From NCBI GenBank assembly GCA_000092065.1, contig CP000587.1: 64,000 bases of DNA. One strand, 5' to 3'. Of the stretch, positions 1 to 10,957 are shown piece after piece (position 1 is the first letter of the stretch; each line of letters begins with the position of its first letter). A program made the position numbers and the translations under genes. Below the pieces are notes generated by a model. That model was given only the letters and a program-made list of their open reading frames with translations, had not been told where the DNA came from and searched no databases. The stretch comes from Ostreococcus lucimarinus (taxonomy: Eukaryota).

Positions 1-182
1 CGCACGACGCGCTCGGCGAGCAGACGATTCGGCACCGAAACGACGCGTGGCACTTCGACGCGTCGTCCACCGTCGCGCGCGCGCTCGCGCACGAGAATCG
101 AGGCGGCGCGCACGACGACGCGAGCGCCGCGCCGGCGGTCGTCGCGACGCGCGCGACGAGCGCGACGGCGACGAGCGCGGCG

Positions 183-752
183 GTGGATCGCGCGCGAGGC
201 ATCACACGCGCGCGCGGCGCAATGACGACGGCGACGCGCGTCGCGCGCGTCGCGCGCGCGGGACGCGCGGGCGCGGACGCGCGTCGAACGACGCGACGCG
301 CGGGCGCGAACGCGCGTCGAACGACGCGACGCGCGACGCGCGGCGACGACGACGGCGACGGCGCCGACGACGCGCGCGGTGGTCGGTTTTACGCGTACGA
401 CGCTCGAACGTGGCGCGCGTTCGAGGACGCGTTCGGCCGGTGGCCCGCCGAGGCGTGGTTCGCGCCGTTGCAGGCGTCGATCGCGATCGCGCTCGCGGGC
501 GTCGTCGACGCGGGGTACAGCGGCGATTGGTCGCGCGTCGGCGCGCTGACGACGGAGCAAGAAGCGTGGACGAGACGATTCGTCGCGTTCGTCGCCGTGG
601 CGCACGGCGTCGTGGGCGCGATCGCGAGGGATGTCGCGCTGAAGCGCGGCGCGGACGCGACGAGCGCGAACGCGGCGTTCGCGAAGACGTTCGTCGTCGG
701 GTTCGTGGGACTCGTCGAGGCGGCGTTCGGCGGCGACGACGAAGACGCGTGA
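183..752 (+). CDS. hypothetical protein (C-terminal part; start uncertain, may lie upstream of the window)
   Basis: ORF with normal, partly hydrophobic composition in its last ~110 aa (FYAYDARTWRAFEDAFGRWPAEAWFAPLQ...). The N-terminal part is Arg/Ala-rich and contains a ~33-bp tandem duplication around 277-343. No family recognised. Confidence 0.3.
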   Translation: MDRARGITRARGAMTTATRVARVARAGRAGADARRTTRRAGANARRTTRRATRGDDDGDGADDARGGRFYAYDARTWRAFEDAFGRWPAEAWFAPLQASIAIALAGVVDAGYSGDWSRVGALTTEQEAWTRRFVAFVAVAHGVVGAIARDVALKRGADATSANAAFAKTFVVGFVGLVEAAFGGDDEDA

Positions 753-943
753 CGGAGGATCGACGTTCGCGGCGCGTTCGACGCGAATGACTGTAGCGTA
801 ATGTTGTTTTAAATCTTTCATCGTGTACACTATCGCAGCGCGGCGGTGCGGTCGAGCGAAATTCGAATCAGGGCGACGCGTCGGCGTCGAGCGCTCGGAG
901 CGAGCGAACCGCGCGTCACAGTTCGTCGCGCGCGCCGCTCGTG

Positions 944-1186
944 ATGTCTGGCGAACAAGCCGGTCCTTCATTTGTGACGCCCGGCGACGCCGCCGCGCCG
1001 TCCGTGGTGACGACGGAGCTGATACAAAAGTATTTGGATGAGAATCAGCAACTGATTCTCGCGATCCTTGAGAATCAAAACGTCGGCAAGCTCGCGGAGT
1101 GCGCCAAGTATCAGACCAAACTGCAGGAAAACTTGATGTACCTAGCCGCCATAGCGGATGCGAAGCCGGCGGAGCCGTCGGAATAG
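944..1186 (+). CDS. small SSXT/SNH-domain protein (SS18 / GRF-INTERACTING FACTOR-like)
   Basis: TTELIQKYLDENQQLILAILENQNVGKLAECAKYQTKLQENLMYLAAIADAKP matches the SNH (SSXT N-terminal) consensus of plant GIF1/AN3 and animal SS18 almost residue for residue. The ATG lies 3 nt after the GTG used by the ORF track. Confidence 0.7.
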   Translation: MSGEQAGPSFVTPGDAAAPSVVTTELIQKYLDENQQLILAILENQNVGKLAECAKYQTKLQENLMYLAAIADAKPAEPSE

Positions 1187-1268
1187 CGCGCACCGCGCTC
1201 GCAGCGGTCGTTTTGTAATGATTAGGAAGGAGTTTAGTACCAGTCGCGAGCGGCGTGATATTAAAAGT

Positions 1269-2588
1269 TTACGTTTGGACAATGGTTTGGATCGATGGAT
1301 CGATCCCGACGGAAAGACCTCGCGCCTCGATCATTTTCGTCAGTGCGTTGTACAGTGCGACGATGTGCGCGTCGCTCGCGAGCTCTATTTTCGTCAAGAG
1401 CGCGCCCAGCGTCAAGGAGCCGCCGACGTGCGTGATAAAGTTGGAGAGGTAGAGCGAGGAGAAGCACGAATTGATGACTTGGCAGTCCATGCGATCGGTG
1501 ATACCGCCGTGTCCGGGAATGGTTGCCGCGAAGTCTTTAATCTTGAACGCGCGCTTGAACCCAGAGGCGAAAAAGCCGCCAAACGGCGCGACGGCGCTCG
1601 CAAAGGTGCCGAGCGCGAGCGAGTGCACCATGAACATCGAGCAACGTACGGTGGCGATGCCGGTCAACTTGGTCGCCAGAGGACCGACGACGGTGCCGAG
1701 AAACATGGTGATCGGTTTATCGGACACGATGAACGGCTCGTTGGGAGCACAAATTTTGGCGCTCCGAGAAAAGATACCTCGAAAGTACATGTCGCCGCTC
1801 GGCGGACACGTAAAGTAACTAAACTTCTGCAAGTAAGACGCCATAGCCAGCGCAGCGACGAGAGTCGAAACAAACGCGCCCAAAAATCCTTCCCACGTCT
1901 TGTTGGGTGAAATCTTAATCAAAGGCGTCTTGCCGAAGATTTTCCCGAACACGTACGCCATGATGTCGTTGACGATGACGAGAAAGAGTGGAAACACGAA
2001 CCATATCATACCCTCTAAAAGATTGGAAACGTTGAAGTATCCCGTCATCGTCGTCGCCGCGACGATCATGTGCGTCCAAGCGAACTGTGCGAACTGATAC
2101 GCGTATCGCCCTTTCCTCAGCGTGAGCACGAAATACACCAATCCCACGAGATAGGCGCAATAGCTCAAAAACGTGTGGTGCATCGCCAACCAAGCTCCGG
2201 GGCTCACTTCGGCCCCGTTTTGTAACAACTCGTTCCACTCCTTCGCGCTCATGAACCCAAGATATAAGTACTTTGCGAATCTTCCGTACACCGCGAACGA
2301 CAGCGTCCAAAACCAGTACCACCGCAGCGTCGTCGTCGTCCTTCGCAACGCCGCCGTATCTTCCCCCGGCGCGTTCTCCTCCGCGTGCGCGTTCGACACG
2401 AACGCAAACAACTCCTTCGCCATCGCGAACTGCACCGCAAAGCACAGCATCATCGCGTACGCGTGTCCTCCGACGATGATGCTCGACGCGGCCGCGAGCA
2501 TGAGCAGCGTCGACTGCGTGCGCTGCCGCAGGCTTCGCCATCGCGCCCGCCCCTGCTCGATCACGCGCTTGGCGTGATCGATCGACAC
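1269..2588 (-). CDS. CDS1: phosphatidate cytidylyltransferase (CDP-diacylglycerol synthase)
   Basis: Multi-pass membrane protein with the eukaryotic CDS signature region FVFPLFLVIVNDIMAYVFGKIFGKTPLIKISPNKTWEGFLGAF and the C-terminal GGxxDRxD-like block (GHGGITDRMDCQ). Confidence 0.9.
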   Translation of the reverse strand: MSIDHAKRVIEQGRARWRSLRQRTQSTLLMLAAASSIIVGGHAYAMMLCFAVQFAMAKELFAFVSNAHAEENAPGEDTAALRRTTTTLRWYWFWTLSFAVYGRFAKYLYLGFMSAKEWNELLQNGAEVSPGAWLAMHHTFLSYCAYLVGLVYFVLTLRKGRYAYQFAQFAWTHMIVAATTMTGYFNVSNLLEGMIWFVFPLFLVIVNDIMAYVFGKIFGKTPLIKISPNKTWEGFLGAFVSTLVAALAMASYLQKFSYFTCPPSGDMYFRGIFSRSAKICAPNEPFIVSDKPITMFLGTVVGPLATKLTGIATVRCSMFMVHSLALGTFASAVAPFGGFFASGFKRAFKIKDFAATIPGHGGITDRMDCQVINSCFSSLYLSNFITHVGGSLTLGALLTKIELASDAHIVALYNALTKMIEARGLSVGIDPSIQTIVQT

Positions 2589-2922
2589 CCGCCGCTTCGG
2601 CGCGCGCGGCGAGGACGGCGACGGCGGTTGATCATCCTGCGCGCGCGCGTCCGTCCGTCAGTCCTCTCGTCGCGTCCGCGCGCGGTCGCGCATCGCGGCA
2701 GCGCGTCCCAACGGCATTCTCCATCGACGCCGCGCCGCGTCGCGCGCGCGCGCCTCGTCGTCGCGCGCGTCGGCGCGCGCACCTCGTGTGCCCTGCTCCG
2801 CGACGCCGTCGTCGCGAGCGGCGTCTTCGCGCGCTTGCGCAGCTCGACCATGACGCGCGCGCGACTGCCGCGAGCGCCAGTGCGCGACGGGGCGCCGTCG
2901 CGGCCCGCCGTCGCGCGAACGC

Positions 2923-3049
2923 ATGCGCGCGCGACGCGACGACGACGACGACGATGACGACGACGCGCTCGAGCGCGTGCGTCGCGCGCGCGACGTCGTG
3001 GACGAGACGCTCGATTGTTTAGGCGTGAAGCGACGACCGAACGATGACG

Positions 3050-3082
<33 letters not shown>

Positions 3083-4593
3083 CGATGGACGTCGACGCGA
3101 ACGGGATCGGCGACGACGCGCTCGCGCGGCGAGGGAAACGGTCGCGGAAGGCGAGCGAGGTGATGGACGCGATGTCGAAGTTGAGTCTGGCGTTCGCGGC
3201 GGGACGCCGAGGCGAAGGCGAAGGCGCGGCGCCGACGACGCGCTCGAGCGCGGTGCGAAGGGCGACGATAGATTTGGGGTTAGACGATTTTAAGGCGTTG
3301 GATGGGGCGAACGCGATGGCCGAGGCGGCGATGGAGGACGCGGCGCGAGGGCGGGATTTGGAGTTGGAGGTGCGACGACCGCGCGACGAGACGGCGTGGT
3401 TGCTCGAACGCGCGTTGCGAGGGACGTTTGGAGGCGCGTCGAGCAGCGTCGATCGATTGACGTCGCTCACGCTTCGTGGAGGGAAAGGGCTGAGCGCGGA
3501 AGGGTTCGGGCGATTGATCAGCGCGCTGACGGACGCGCGGTCGTTGAAGAAGTTGGATTTATCTGCGTGCGGCTTGAGCGCGAGCGCCGGTGAACGCATC
3601 GCCGCCGTGCTGGACGAAAACGGTTGTCCGCTGGAGAGATTAGATCTCAGAGGAAATGCTATCGGAGCCGAGGGGACGTTGGCGCTCGCGAGCGCGCTGC
3701 GTAAGACGAAGACGCTCAAATCGTTGAATTTGGCGCAAAATTTAATCGGTGGCGACGGCCTTCGCGCTTTGGCGTCTGCACTCGCGGGCGAGACGAGCAT
3801 GGAAGAACTCGATATTCAACACAACGGATGCGGCGACGAAGGGTGCATGGCGCTCGCAACGCACGGTTTCGGTAGCAGGTTGGAGACTTTATTACTCGGT
3901 TTCAACGGCATTGGCGCTCAAGGCGCCCGGGCGATCGCCGAAGCCTTGCGCAAGCGACGCCGATCGGATGACGATGACGACATGGACACTCACGAACTAG
4001 ACGACGAAACCATCAATCGCGCGTCGAAAATCATGCGAAGACTCGATTTGAAGTGTAACGTGGTGGGTTCGGAGGGCGCGCACGCGATGGCCGACGCGTT
4101 GAACGACGTCGAAGACTTGGACTTGTCAAACAACTCGGTGCGCGACGGCGCAAAATGGCTCGCGAAGTCGCTCAAGTCCGGCGCGTCGAACTTGAAGCAA
4201 CTCAATCTTCAAGCGAACGAAATGACGGACGACGACGCGTGGTACATCGCCGACGCACTGGGGGAAAACAAGACTCTGAAGACGCTCAATCTGGGATCGA
4301 ACGCGTTTGGCGATTCCGCCGCGTCCGACATAGCCAGCGATCTTCGCGAAAACATCGCGCTCGAGACGTTAGATTTGACGCGCAACGGCATCGGACGCGA
4401 GGGCGCGTGCGAACTCATGGACGCCATGGATGAAAACACCACGCTCAGGAGACTCGGGCTGGAGAGTAATCTCATACCCGCCGAGACGACGATGGAGATG
4501 AAACGCCGCGTGGGCATTCGAGCGCAGTGCGATTGGCAGCGCGCCGGTTTCAGCGACGCGTCCGCCGCGCGAGCACCGATGAAATTCAATTGA
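2923..4593 (+). CDS. RNI-like (ribonuclease-inhibitor type) leucine-rich-repeat protein
   Basis: About 12 repeats of the 28-29 aa RI/NLRC-type LRR (LxxLDLxxNxIGxxGaxaLaxaL...), e.g. LERLDLRGNAIGAEGTLALASALRKTKTLKSLNLAQNLIGGDGLRALASAL. Acidic, T-rich N-terminus. Confidence 0.8.
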
Positions 4594-5183
4594 TCCGCAC
4601 ATCGCGCCGACTCGACGCATCCATTCTCTCGGCCATCGCGCGCGACGCGCTCGCGCTCGCGCGCTCGTCTCGATTCGCCTCGTCGCCGACGTCGTCACGC
4701 GCCCGACAGCGCCCACACGCACGCCCTCGACGTCGCCGCCAGCGCCGCCCGCCGCGCCCACGAGTGTCTCGCCACCACGCGCGCGACCTCGACCGCGACC
4801 TCCAGCGCCGCGCGCGCGCGTTTCGCGATCCTTCTCGCGCGCGTCCTCGTCCCGCGTCGTCTCGCCGCGTCTCGACACATCGCGCGCGCGCGCCGTTCGC
4901 TCATCGTCGACGCGCCGCGTCCGACCATGAGCTCCGCGACGAACCATCGCGCGGCGTCGTCCGCGTCCTCGGCGCGCACCGCGATCCATCCCTCGTCGTC
5001 GTCGTCGTCGTCGTCGTCGTCCATCCGTCGCGAAGTGTCGATCCGTCTCGCGGTCTCGTATACGACGCACAACACGGACGGCGCGGCGCGACCGACGCGC
5101 GCGCGCGCGGCGCGACCTCCGTCTTTTCCGAGCGCGCGCGTAACGACGCAGCCTTTGCCGAACGCGCCGACGGAACGCACGCG

Positions 5184-5205
5184 ATGCAAATTTTCGTCAA
5201 GACAC
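5184..5205 (+). CDS. RPS27A: ubiquitin-40S ribosomal protein S27a fusion, exon 1 (MQIFVKT + 1 nt)
   Basis: ATGCAAATTTTCGTCAAGACAC encodes MQIFVKT, followed by GTGCGTGA (donor). It is in frame with the stop-terminated ORF 4527..5213, but the ubiquitin sequence continues only after an intron. Confidence 0.85.
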
Positions 5206-5473
5206 GTGCGTGATCGAGCGACGCGACGCGACGCGACGCGACCGCGCGCGGACGAGGGATGGCGACGGTCGATAGATTAGGGTTTTCGACGATGCGACGT
5301 CGACGGCGCGCGCGCGGACGCGCGCGCGCGCGCGAGGCACGCGCGGTGCGCTCGAAGATTTTCGCTCGCGCGCGACGTTCGGGGAGGGACGACGGGCGCG
5401 AGTCGACGGGGGTGGTGCGACGCGATCGATGATGGATCGGACGAGGGACGGGGGACGCGGGACGCGGGACTGA

Positions 5474-5935
<462 letters not shown>

Positions 5936-5971
5936 ACGGAGCGTGTGAGTCGTTCTAGAGTGATTAACGCT

Positions 5972-5976
5972 TGTAA
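5972..5976 (+). terminator. putative chlorophyte-type poly(A) signal TGTAA
   Basis: TGTAA lies 37 nt downstream of the RPS27A stop codon. UGUAA is the established poly(A) signal of green algae. Confidence 0.35.
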
Positions 5977-6010
5977 AGAATGATGGAAATGCTACAAATC
6001 TCGTGCTAGA

Positions 6011-7069
6011 CTACCGCAAGGCGCTCTCGTCCTTGACGCCATAAATTTCGTCGTAACGCTTGTGACTGCGCGCTAAATCGACCACACCGCTCGCCCCAAA
6101 AAGACGCTCCACCGTTGCCGACGCGCACTGCTGCGTGGCGGTCGCGTCGTCGACACCGTGATACTCTCTGACGACTTTCGCCAACGCGTCGCACGGCACA
6201 AAGAGCACGCGCGGCCCTTCGTCCCCCAGAAACTTTTCGCCTCCGGGCTGGGAAAGCCGACAACACGCCATCGCGTGCGGCTCATCCATCGTGCTCACCT
6301 CTCGTCCGGTGTCGCTATTCAACACGTTGATCGGTCGCAATCGCTTGCACTCGACGACGCGAGTCGATCCGAGCACGTCGGCTTCGACGGCTTTCGCCGC
6401 CGCCTCGTCCGTCGTCTTTAGCAATCTGATCGCCTCCTTCCCACTCGTCGTCGCCTGCGTGGACGACCACAGACGAAACAAAAAGTAGTACAACGGAAAG
6501 TTACTGACCGGCGTCAAGAACATGGGCATGCTCAACGGCGCACCGAGCGCGTACATCGTCGTCGCCGCGCGCGCGTTCTTCGTCCCGTCGACGACGGTTC
6601 GCTCCACCAGCCTCCGCACCGCCCCCACGTCCACCCCGCTCGGGTACACGATCTCCACGCTCGACAGTATCTTCGGCATCTCCTTCAGCGCGCGCTCTCG
6701 AGGATCGATCCTGTCCATCGCGAACATCCCGAGCTCGTGTATCCGCCGCCTCGCCGACCCCGGCGCGCTCGCCGCCATCGCCCGCCACGTCTTCTCCCCG
6801 TAATCCACCGCCCTCGCGCCCCACCGTCGCACCCACGGCATCGCGCGATCGATCGTCCGCATCGCGCGCGTCGCCATCGTCCCGTTCGCGTCGTCGGCGC
6901 GTCCCATCGCTTCGCGCGCGCGCGCTTCCGCGGGCTCGACGACCGCCGCGCCGTGCGCCATCCATCGGTGCCCCTCGCGCGTCGTCGTCGACGTCGACGA
7001 CGTCGCCGCGCCTCCGAACGGCACCACCACCATCCGCGCCCGCGACGCGAGCGCGCGCCGCGTCGCCAT
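6011..7069 (-). CDS. conserved hypothetical protein (possibly organelle-targeted)
   Basis: 352-aa ORF with complex, non-repetitive composition in its C-terminal 250 aa (…FPLYYFLFRLWSSTQATTSGKEAIRLLK…VLFVPCDALAKVVREYHG…) and an Arg/Ala-rich presequence-like N-terminus. No family recognised. Confidence 0.5.
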   Translation of the reverse strand: MATRRALASRARMVVVPFGGAATSSTSTTTREGHRWMAHGAAVVEPAEARAREAMGRADDANGTMATRAMRTIDRAMPWVRRWGARAVDYGEKTWRAMAASAPGSARRRIHELGMFAMDRIDPRERALKEMPKILSSVEIVYPSGVDVGAVRRLVERTVVDGTKNARAATTMYALGAPLSMPMFLTPVSNFPLYYFLFRLWSSTQATTSGKEAIRLLKTTDEAAAKAVEADVLGSTRVVECKRLRPINVLNSDTGREVSTMDEPHAMACCRLSQPGGEKFLGDEGPRVLFVPCDALAKVVREYHGVDDATATQQCASATVERLFGASGVVDLARSHKRYDEIYGVKDESALR

Positions 7070-7434
7070 CGCGCGCGCGCCGCGGTCTCGCGCGGCGGCC
7101 GTCGCGGCGTCGCGCGCGCGCGCCCGTAACCACCCGCGCGACGCCCGCGTCGTCGGTGATGCATCGTCGCGCGCATTCGCGTCGCGCGATGGGTCTCGAA
7201 CGCCTCGACTACGACGCCAGCGTGGCCGACTTTTTTATTTTTTATCAGATATTTTCGCGCGCCCCGAGATCTCGTAGTGTGCGCTTTCCGAACGGTATGT
7301 GCGTGCGCGACCATCGACGTCGCGTCGTCGACGTAACGCGCGATGGCGTCGTCACGCCGACGCGCCGTCGCGCGCGCCGCACACGACCGCGCGCGCGCCG
7401 GAATCTCGCGCGCGTCGCGACGGACGCGCGAACG

Positions 7435-8799
7435 ATGGCCGATTGCACCGTCGCCGTCGCGGAACGCGTCGACGAGGGCGCGCGCGACGCGAAAACGGGC
7501 GCGGATTCCACGACGCGCGCGACGCATGACGTCGATGGCGCGCGCGACGCGATCGACGACGACGGCGACGAGGGCGCGCGCGAGGGCGCGATGGCGACGC
7601 GAGACGCGACGGACGACGCGACGTTGGACGACGAACCAGCGCGGGACGCGAAGGGGAGCGATTCGCGGGAACGCACGGTGTTCATCGGCGGGACGAGCCA
7701 CGAGTGCGACGAGGCGCGCGTGCGCAGATTCTTCGAGGAGGAACACGACGCGAAGGTGGAGAACGTGAAGCTGATATACGATCGACAGACGCTGGTGAGG
7801 AAGGGATACGGGTTCGTGAAGTTTTACAGCGTCGAGGACGCGGCGCGGGTGAAGGCGATGGGGAAGGTGACGATCGACGGGAAGGCGGTGGACGCGAAGG
7901 AGGCGACGCGGGACGAACCGGCGAGCGCGGGAGAGGGACGAACGCGGGAGGGAAGACACGAGCGCACGCGATCGCACGGGAGCGGGAAAATGTCTCGGGG
8001 GAGTTCGCACAACTCGCTGAGCGAACACATGGGGCGGATGTCGGTCGGGAACGGGGCGAGAGTCTCGGGAGGGGCGCCGCAGCGACACCCCGCGGGGGGG
8101 GCGCCGCATCTTCGCGGCGCCAAGGCGTCCAAGGCGCAGTTGTCTCGATCGCCGAATTACGTCGGTGGGCTGGACGACGGGGCGAGCGGGAGCGAGAGCG
8201 GTGAACGATCGAACAGTGGCGCGCCGGGGACGGAGAACACCGTCTTTTGCGGGGGGCTTCCGCTGGAAGCCACGCCCGAGGCGCTCGGGTGGTTCTTCGC
8301 GCACTACGGCACCGTGCTCAGCGTAAAGCTGATTTACGACAAGCTCACCGGTGCGTGCAAGGGGTACGGCTTCGTCGTCTTCGCCGACGTCGCGATCGCC
8401 GAAATGGTCAAGGCACAGCGCCAAATTCCGTTCCTCGGGAAGATGATCGACGTGAGCGAGGCGATGCGTCACGTGGGGCGCCACGACGACGGACGAGGCT
8501 TCGCGCCGGGCGCGCAGTACGGCACCAAGCGCGCGATGGGTTACGGATCTCAAGGGCCATTTTACCCGCCGCAGATGTCCATGTACCCACCGCACATGGT
8601 CATGCCGCCGCACATGGCCATGGGGGGGCAAAATCCTCACATGGCTATGATGGCGATGCACCACATGCAGTTCGCGGGCTACCCGATGTACGCCAACGGA
8701 GCGACGGTGTACGGCATGCCTGGCGAGCATGTCGAAGACGACGAAGAAGACAGCGATGAAGTCGCGGCCGAGGGCGAAACTGTTGCCGCTTCCGAATAG
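7435..8799 (+). CDS. RNA-binding protein with two RRM domains and a Met/Pro/His-rich C-terminus
   Basis: Two RRMs with RNP1/RNP2: TVFIGG…KGYGFVKFYSVEDA and TVFCGGLP…KGYGFVVFADVAIA. The C-terminus is low complexity (PPQMSMYPPHMVMPPHMAMGGQNPHMAMMAMHHMQFAGYPMY). The start is set at the in-frame ATG (MADCTV…) rather than the ORF-track start at 7156, which is preceded by an Arg-rich stretch. Confidence 0.75.
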   Translation: MADCTVAVAERVDEGARDAKTGADSTTRATHDVDGARDAIDDDGDEGAREGAMATRDATDDATLDDEPARDAKGSDSRERTVFIGGTSHECDEARVRRFFEEEHDAKVENVKLIYDRQTLVRKGYGFVKFYSVEDAARVKAMGKVTIDGKAVDAKEATRDEPASAGEGRTREGRHERTRSHGSGKMSRGSSHNSLSEHMGRMSVGNGARVSGGAPQRHPAGGAPHLRGAKASKAQLSRSPNYVGGLDDGASGSESGERSNSGAPGTENTVFCGGLPLEATPEALGWFFAHYGTVLSVKLIYDKLTGACKGYGFVVFADVAIAEMVKAQRQIPFLGKMIDVSEAMRHVGRHDDGRGFAPGAQYGTKRAMGYGSQGPFYPPQMSMYPPHMVMPPHMAMGGQNPHMAMMAMHHMQFAGYPMYANGATVYGMPGEHVEDDEEDSDEVAAEGETVAASE

Positions 8800-8914
8800 A
8801 CGAGCGACTCTTTTTACTCGCTACGCTACGCTACGCACTACAACACACTACAAAAAAACGCCGCAGAAAAATAGAACGATAGATCCGCCATGTCATCACA
8901 CTCTCGCCTCTTGT

Positions 8915-9838
8915 TCAACGAAGTCGCTCATCGAGGCGCGAATCGTCTAAAAGCACTCTGGAATCGAGCTGCTTGTTATGCTTGCCCTGTCGTCGACTTT
9001 CGTACGATTCAAATCCATCCGTTCGCTTCAAAGTGCCGACGTCCACGAGAGTTCGTCTCAGGCTCAGCGTCGTCAACCGATCGCACGCGAGCAAAATTTC
9101 TCCCGGCACGCCGTCGCACTTCGTGTCGTCCACATCTATTTCCTTCAGCTTGACCGCGTGCGCCCACGCCACCGGCAACGCGCCACGCATTTCACGATTA
9201 CGCGCGAAACGAATGACCTCTAAATCAGCGCAATTCCCGAGTCCGGCGATCGCGTCGTCGAACGTCGTCAGCGCGTTCGCGCTCGCGTCCAACCGTCGAA
9301 GCCTTTTGCATTTCCCGAGCGTCCGCGGCAGCGCTCGCAGCGCGTTCTCGCGCACGTCCAAATCTTCGAGCGCGAGCAACGAATCGATGTCTTCCGGCAG
9401 CGCCGTCAATTTATTCCCTCGCAAGTCCAGCGTCTTCAAGTTGACGAGCGTCGAAAAGGCGCGCGGCAGCGCTCTCACCGCGTTGAAGCTCAGGTTCACC
9501 TTTTGCGCGTTTCGCAAGCTTCCGATCGCGTCGTCGACGTCGACGATGGCGTTCGACGCCAAGTCGAGCACGCGCACGCGCGCGCCGACGTCGCGTTCGA
9601 AGACGTACGGCGGCACGCGCGCGTGCCGCGCGTCGCGTTCGGTGACGATTCCGGTCGCCAGAGCCGTCTTCTTTCGCGATTCTTCGGCGTTCGCGCGGTT
9701 ACGCGATCGCCAGGCCGCGTCCCAGGCCGCGTCGACGCTCGACGTGACCTCGTTCCAGGCGTTCGCGACGCGGGCGAAGACTTCGTCGACGGACATGGAC
9801 GAGACGCCGCCGCGCGGCGTCCGGCGAGTGAGGCGCAC
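8915..9838 (-). CDS. leucine-rich repeat protein (SDS22/PIRL-like 22-24 aa LRRs)
   Basis: Tandem LxxLxLxxNxIxxLP repeats: LDLASNAIVDVDDAIGSLRNAQKVNLSFNAVRALPRAFSTLVNLKTLDLRGNKLTALPEDIDSLLALEDLDVRENALRALP…. Confidence 0.8.
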   Translation of the reverse strand: MRLTRRTPRGGVSSMSVDEVFARVANAWNEVTSSVDAAWDAAWRSRNRANAEESRKKTALATGIVTERDARHARVPPYVFERDVGARVRVLDLASNAIVDVDDAIGSLRNAQKVNLSFNAVRALPRAFSTLVNLKTLDLRGNKLTALPEDIDSLLALEDLDVRENALRALPRTLGKCKRLRRLDASANALTTFDDAIAGLGNCADLEVIRFARNREMRGALPVAWAHAVKLKEIDVDDTKCDGVPGEILLACDRLTTLSLRRTLVDVGTLKRTDGFESYESRRQGKHNKQLDSRVLLDDSRLDERLR

Positions 9839-9914
9839 GACCGGACGCGCGGCGGGAAGAATGTGCGTAGAATTACAACGATGCCGGAGCGATTAAAGAA
9901 TGGTGCGCGATCGA

Positions 9915-10892
9915 TCATCGCGCGCTGGCGACGCGCGAGGCGATGTCGGCGTGACATCCCGTTTGCTCTGGCGACAGCACGCGAACGCGTTCGCATCGCT
10001 CGGCGCACGAGTTGTCGTATCGACTGTCGCGCACGCCGACGCACGGGCAGTCCTCCGCCTCGCCCACGCCACCGTCTGGAGTGCGTTTGAAGCATTGGAC
10101 GACCTGGAGAAGCACGCACGATTTCGTGCACCCGAGCGCGACTTTGGACGCGCCGCCGAACGCCTGTTGCGCGTCCGCCAACGAGAGCTCCGATCCCGTC
10201 GCCTCCAGCAAAACTTCCGGCGTCCCGAGCGCCTCGGCGAGCGCAAACGTGACGTTATAGAACTCGCGTTGCGTCATCCCGCGCGTCGTTCCCTCGACGT
10301 CGATCCACGATGCGCACGTTCCGTGTTTCGCCCACTCGTGCGCGCCCAAACCGTCCCGAGTCCACGCCGGCGCGATCCTCTCCGCCGCCGCCCCGCTCGG
10401 TATCTCGCGCGCCGCGTACGTCCACTTCTCACTCGACGGGTACCACGACGGTTTGACGCAATTTTGCGGCCAGTAACACCCATCGCGCCCGTCGCTCTTC
10501 GTCGCCGTCGAGTAGCTCGGCCAGAGTCCGTGCAGCGTCAGCGCCGGTTCCGCCGCCGAGCGCGCGCACTCACCCTTCTCGCACGCTCGCGGCGCGCTCG
10601 CGCAAAACCCAGGCGTCCACGCGCGCGCGAGCTCCCACATATCGAACGCCCGTCGCGTCGCGCGCACGCCGTCGTCGCAGCCGAAGTGCGTTTTCGTCCC
10701 GACAGCGGGACAGCTCGAAGCCGACTCGACCGGCGAGGACGACGCGACGGGACGCGCGAGGACGAGCGCGATCACCAGACGAGCGAGGCGCGACTTCTGA
10801 GCGCGCGCGCGCGTCATGGCGGCGCGCGCGACGGCGCGCGCGACGGGTGAAAGGCGAGGTGTGCGGCGCGACGCGCGACGGTTGGATTTCAA
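9915..10892 (-). CDS. ribonuclease T2 family protein, secreted
   Basis: RNase T2 CAS I and CAS II active-site blocks (LTLHGLWPSYS and HEWAKHGTCAS) with conserved cysteines. N-terminal signal-peptide-like segment (LVIALVLARPVASSSP). Confidence 0.85.
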   Translation of the reverse strand: MKSNRRASRRTPRLSPVARAVARAAMTRARAQKSRLARLVIALVLARPVASSSPVESASSCPAVGTKTHFGCDDGVRATRRAFDMWELARAWTPGFCASAPRACEKGECARSAAEPALTLHGLWPSYSTATKSDGRDGCYWPQNCVKPSWYPSSEKWTYAAREIPSGAAAERIAPAWTRDGLGAHEWAKHGTCASWIDVEGTTRGMTQREFYNVTFALAEALGTPEVLLEATGSELSLADAQQAFGGASKVALGCTKSCVLLQVVQCFKRTPDGGVGEAEDCPCVGVRDSRYDNSCAERCERVRVLSPEQTGCHADIASRVASAR

Positions 10893-10957
10893 ACGCGAGC
10901 GTCGCGACTACGAGCGAGCGACTAAATGAATGAACACTACTCGCCGGGCGTCGGCGT

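Noticed and set aside
47-790. 247-aa ORF (and overlapping frames) made of Arg/Ala/Asp runs
   Set aside because: Composition is typical of non-coding frames in 65% GC DNA. Only the alternative frame 183..752 has a coding-like C-terminal segment.
6685-8730. 681-aa minus-strand ORF rich in Arg/His/Pro
   Set aside because: Antisense to the well-supported two-RRM gene. Low-complexity Arg-rich translation with no domain.
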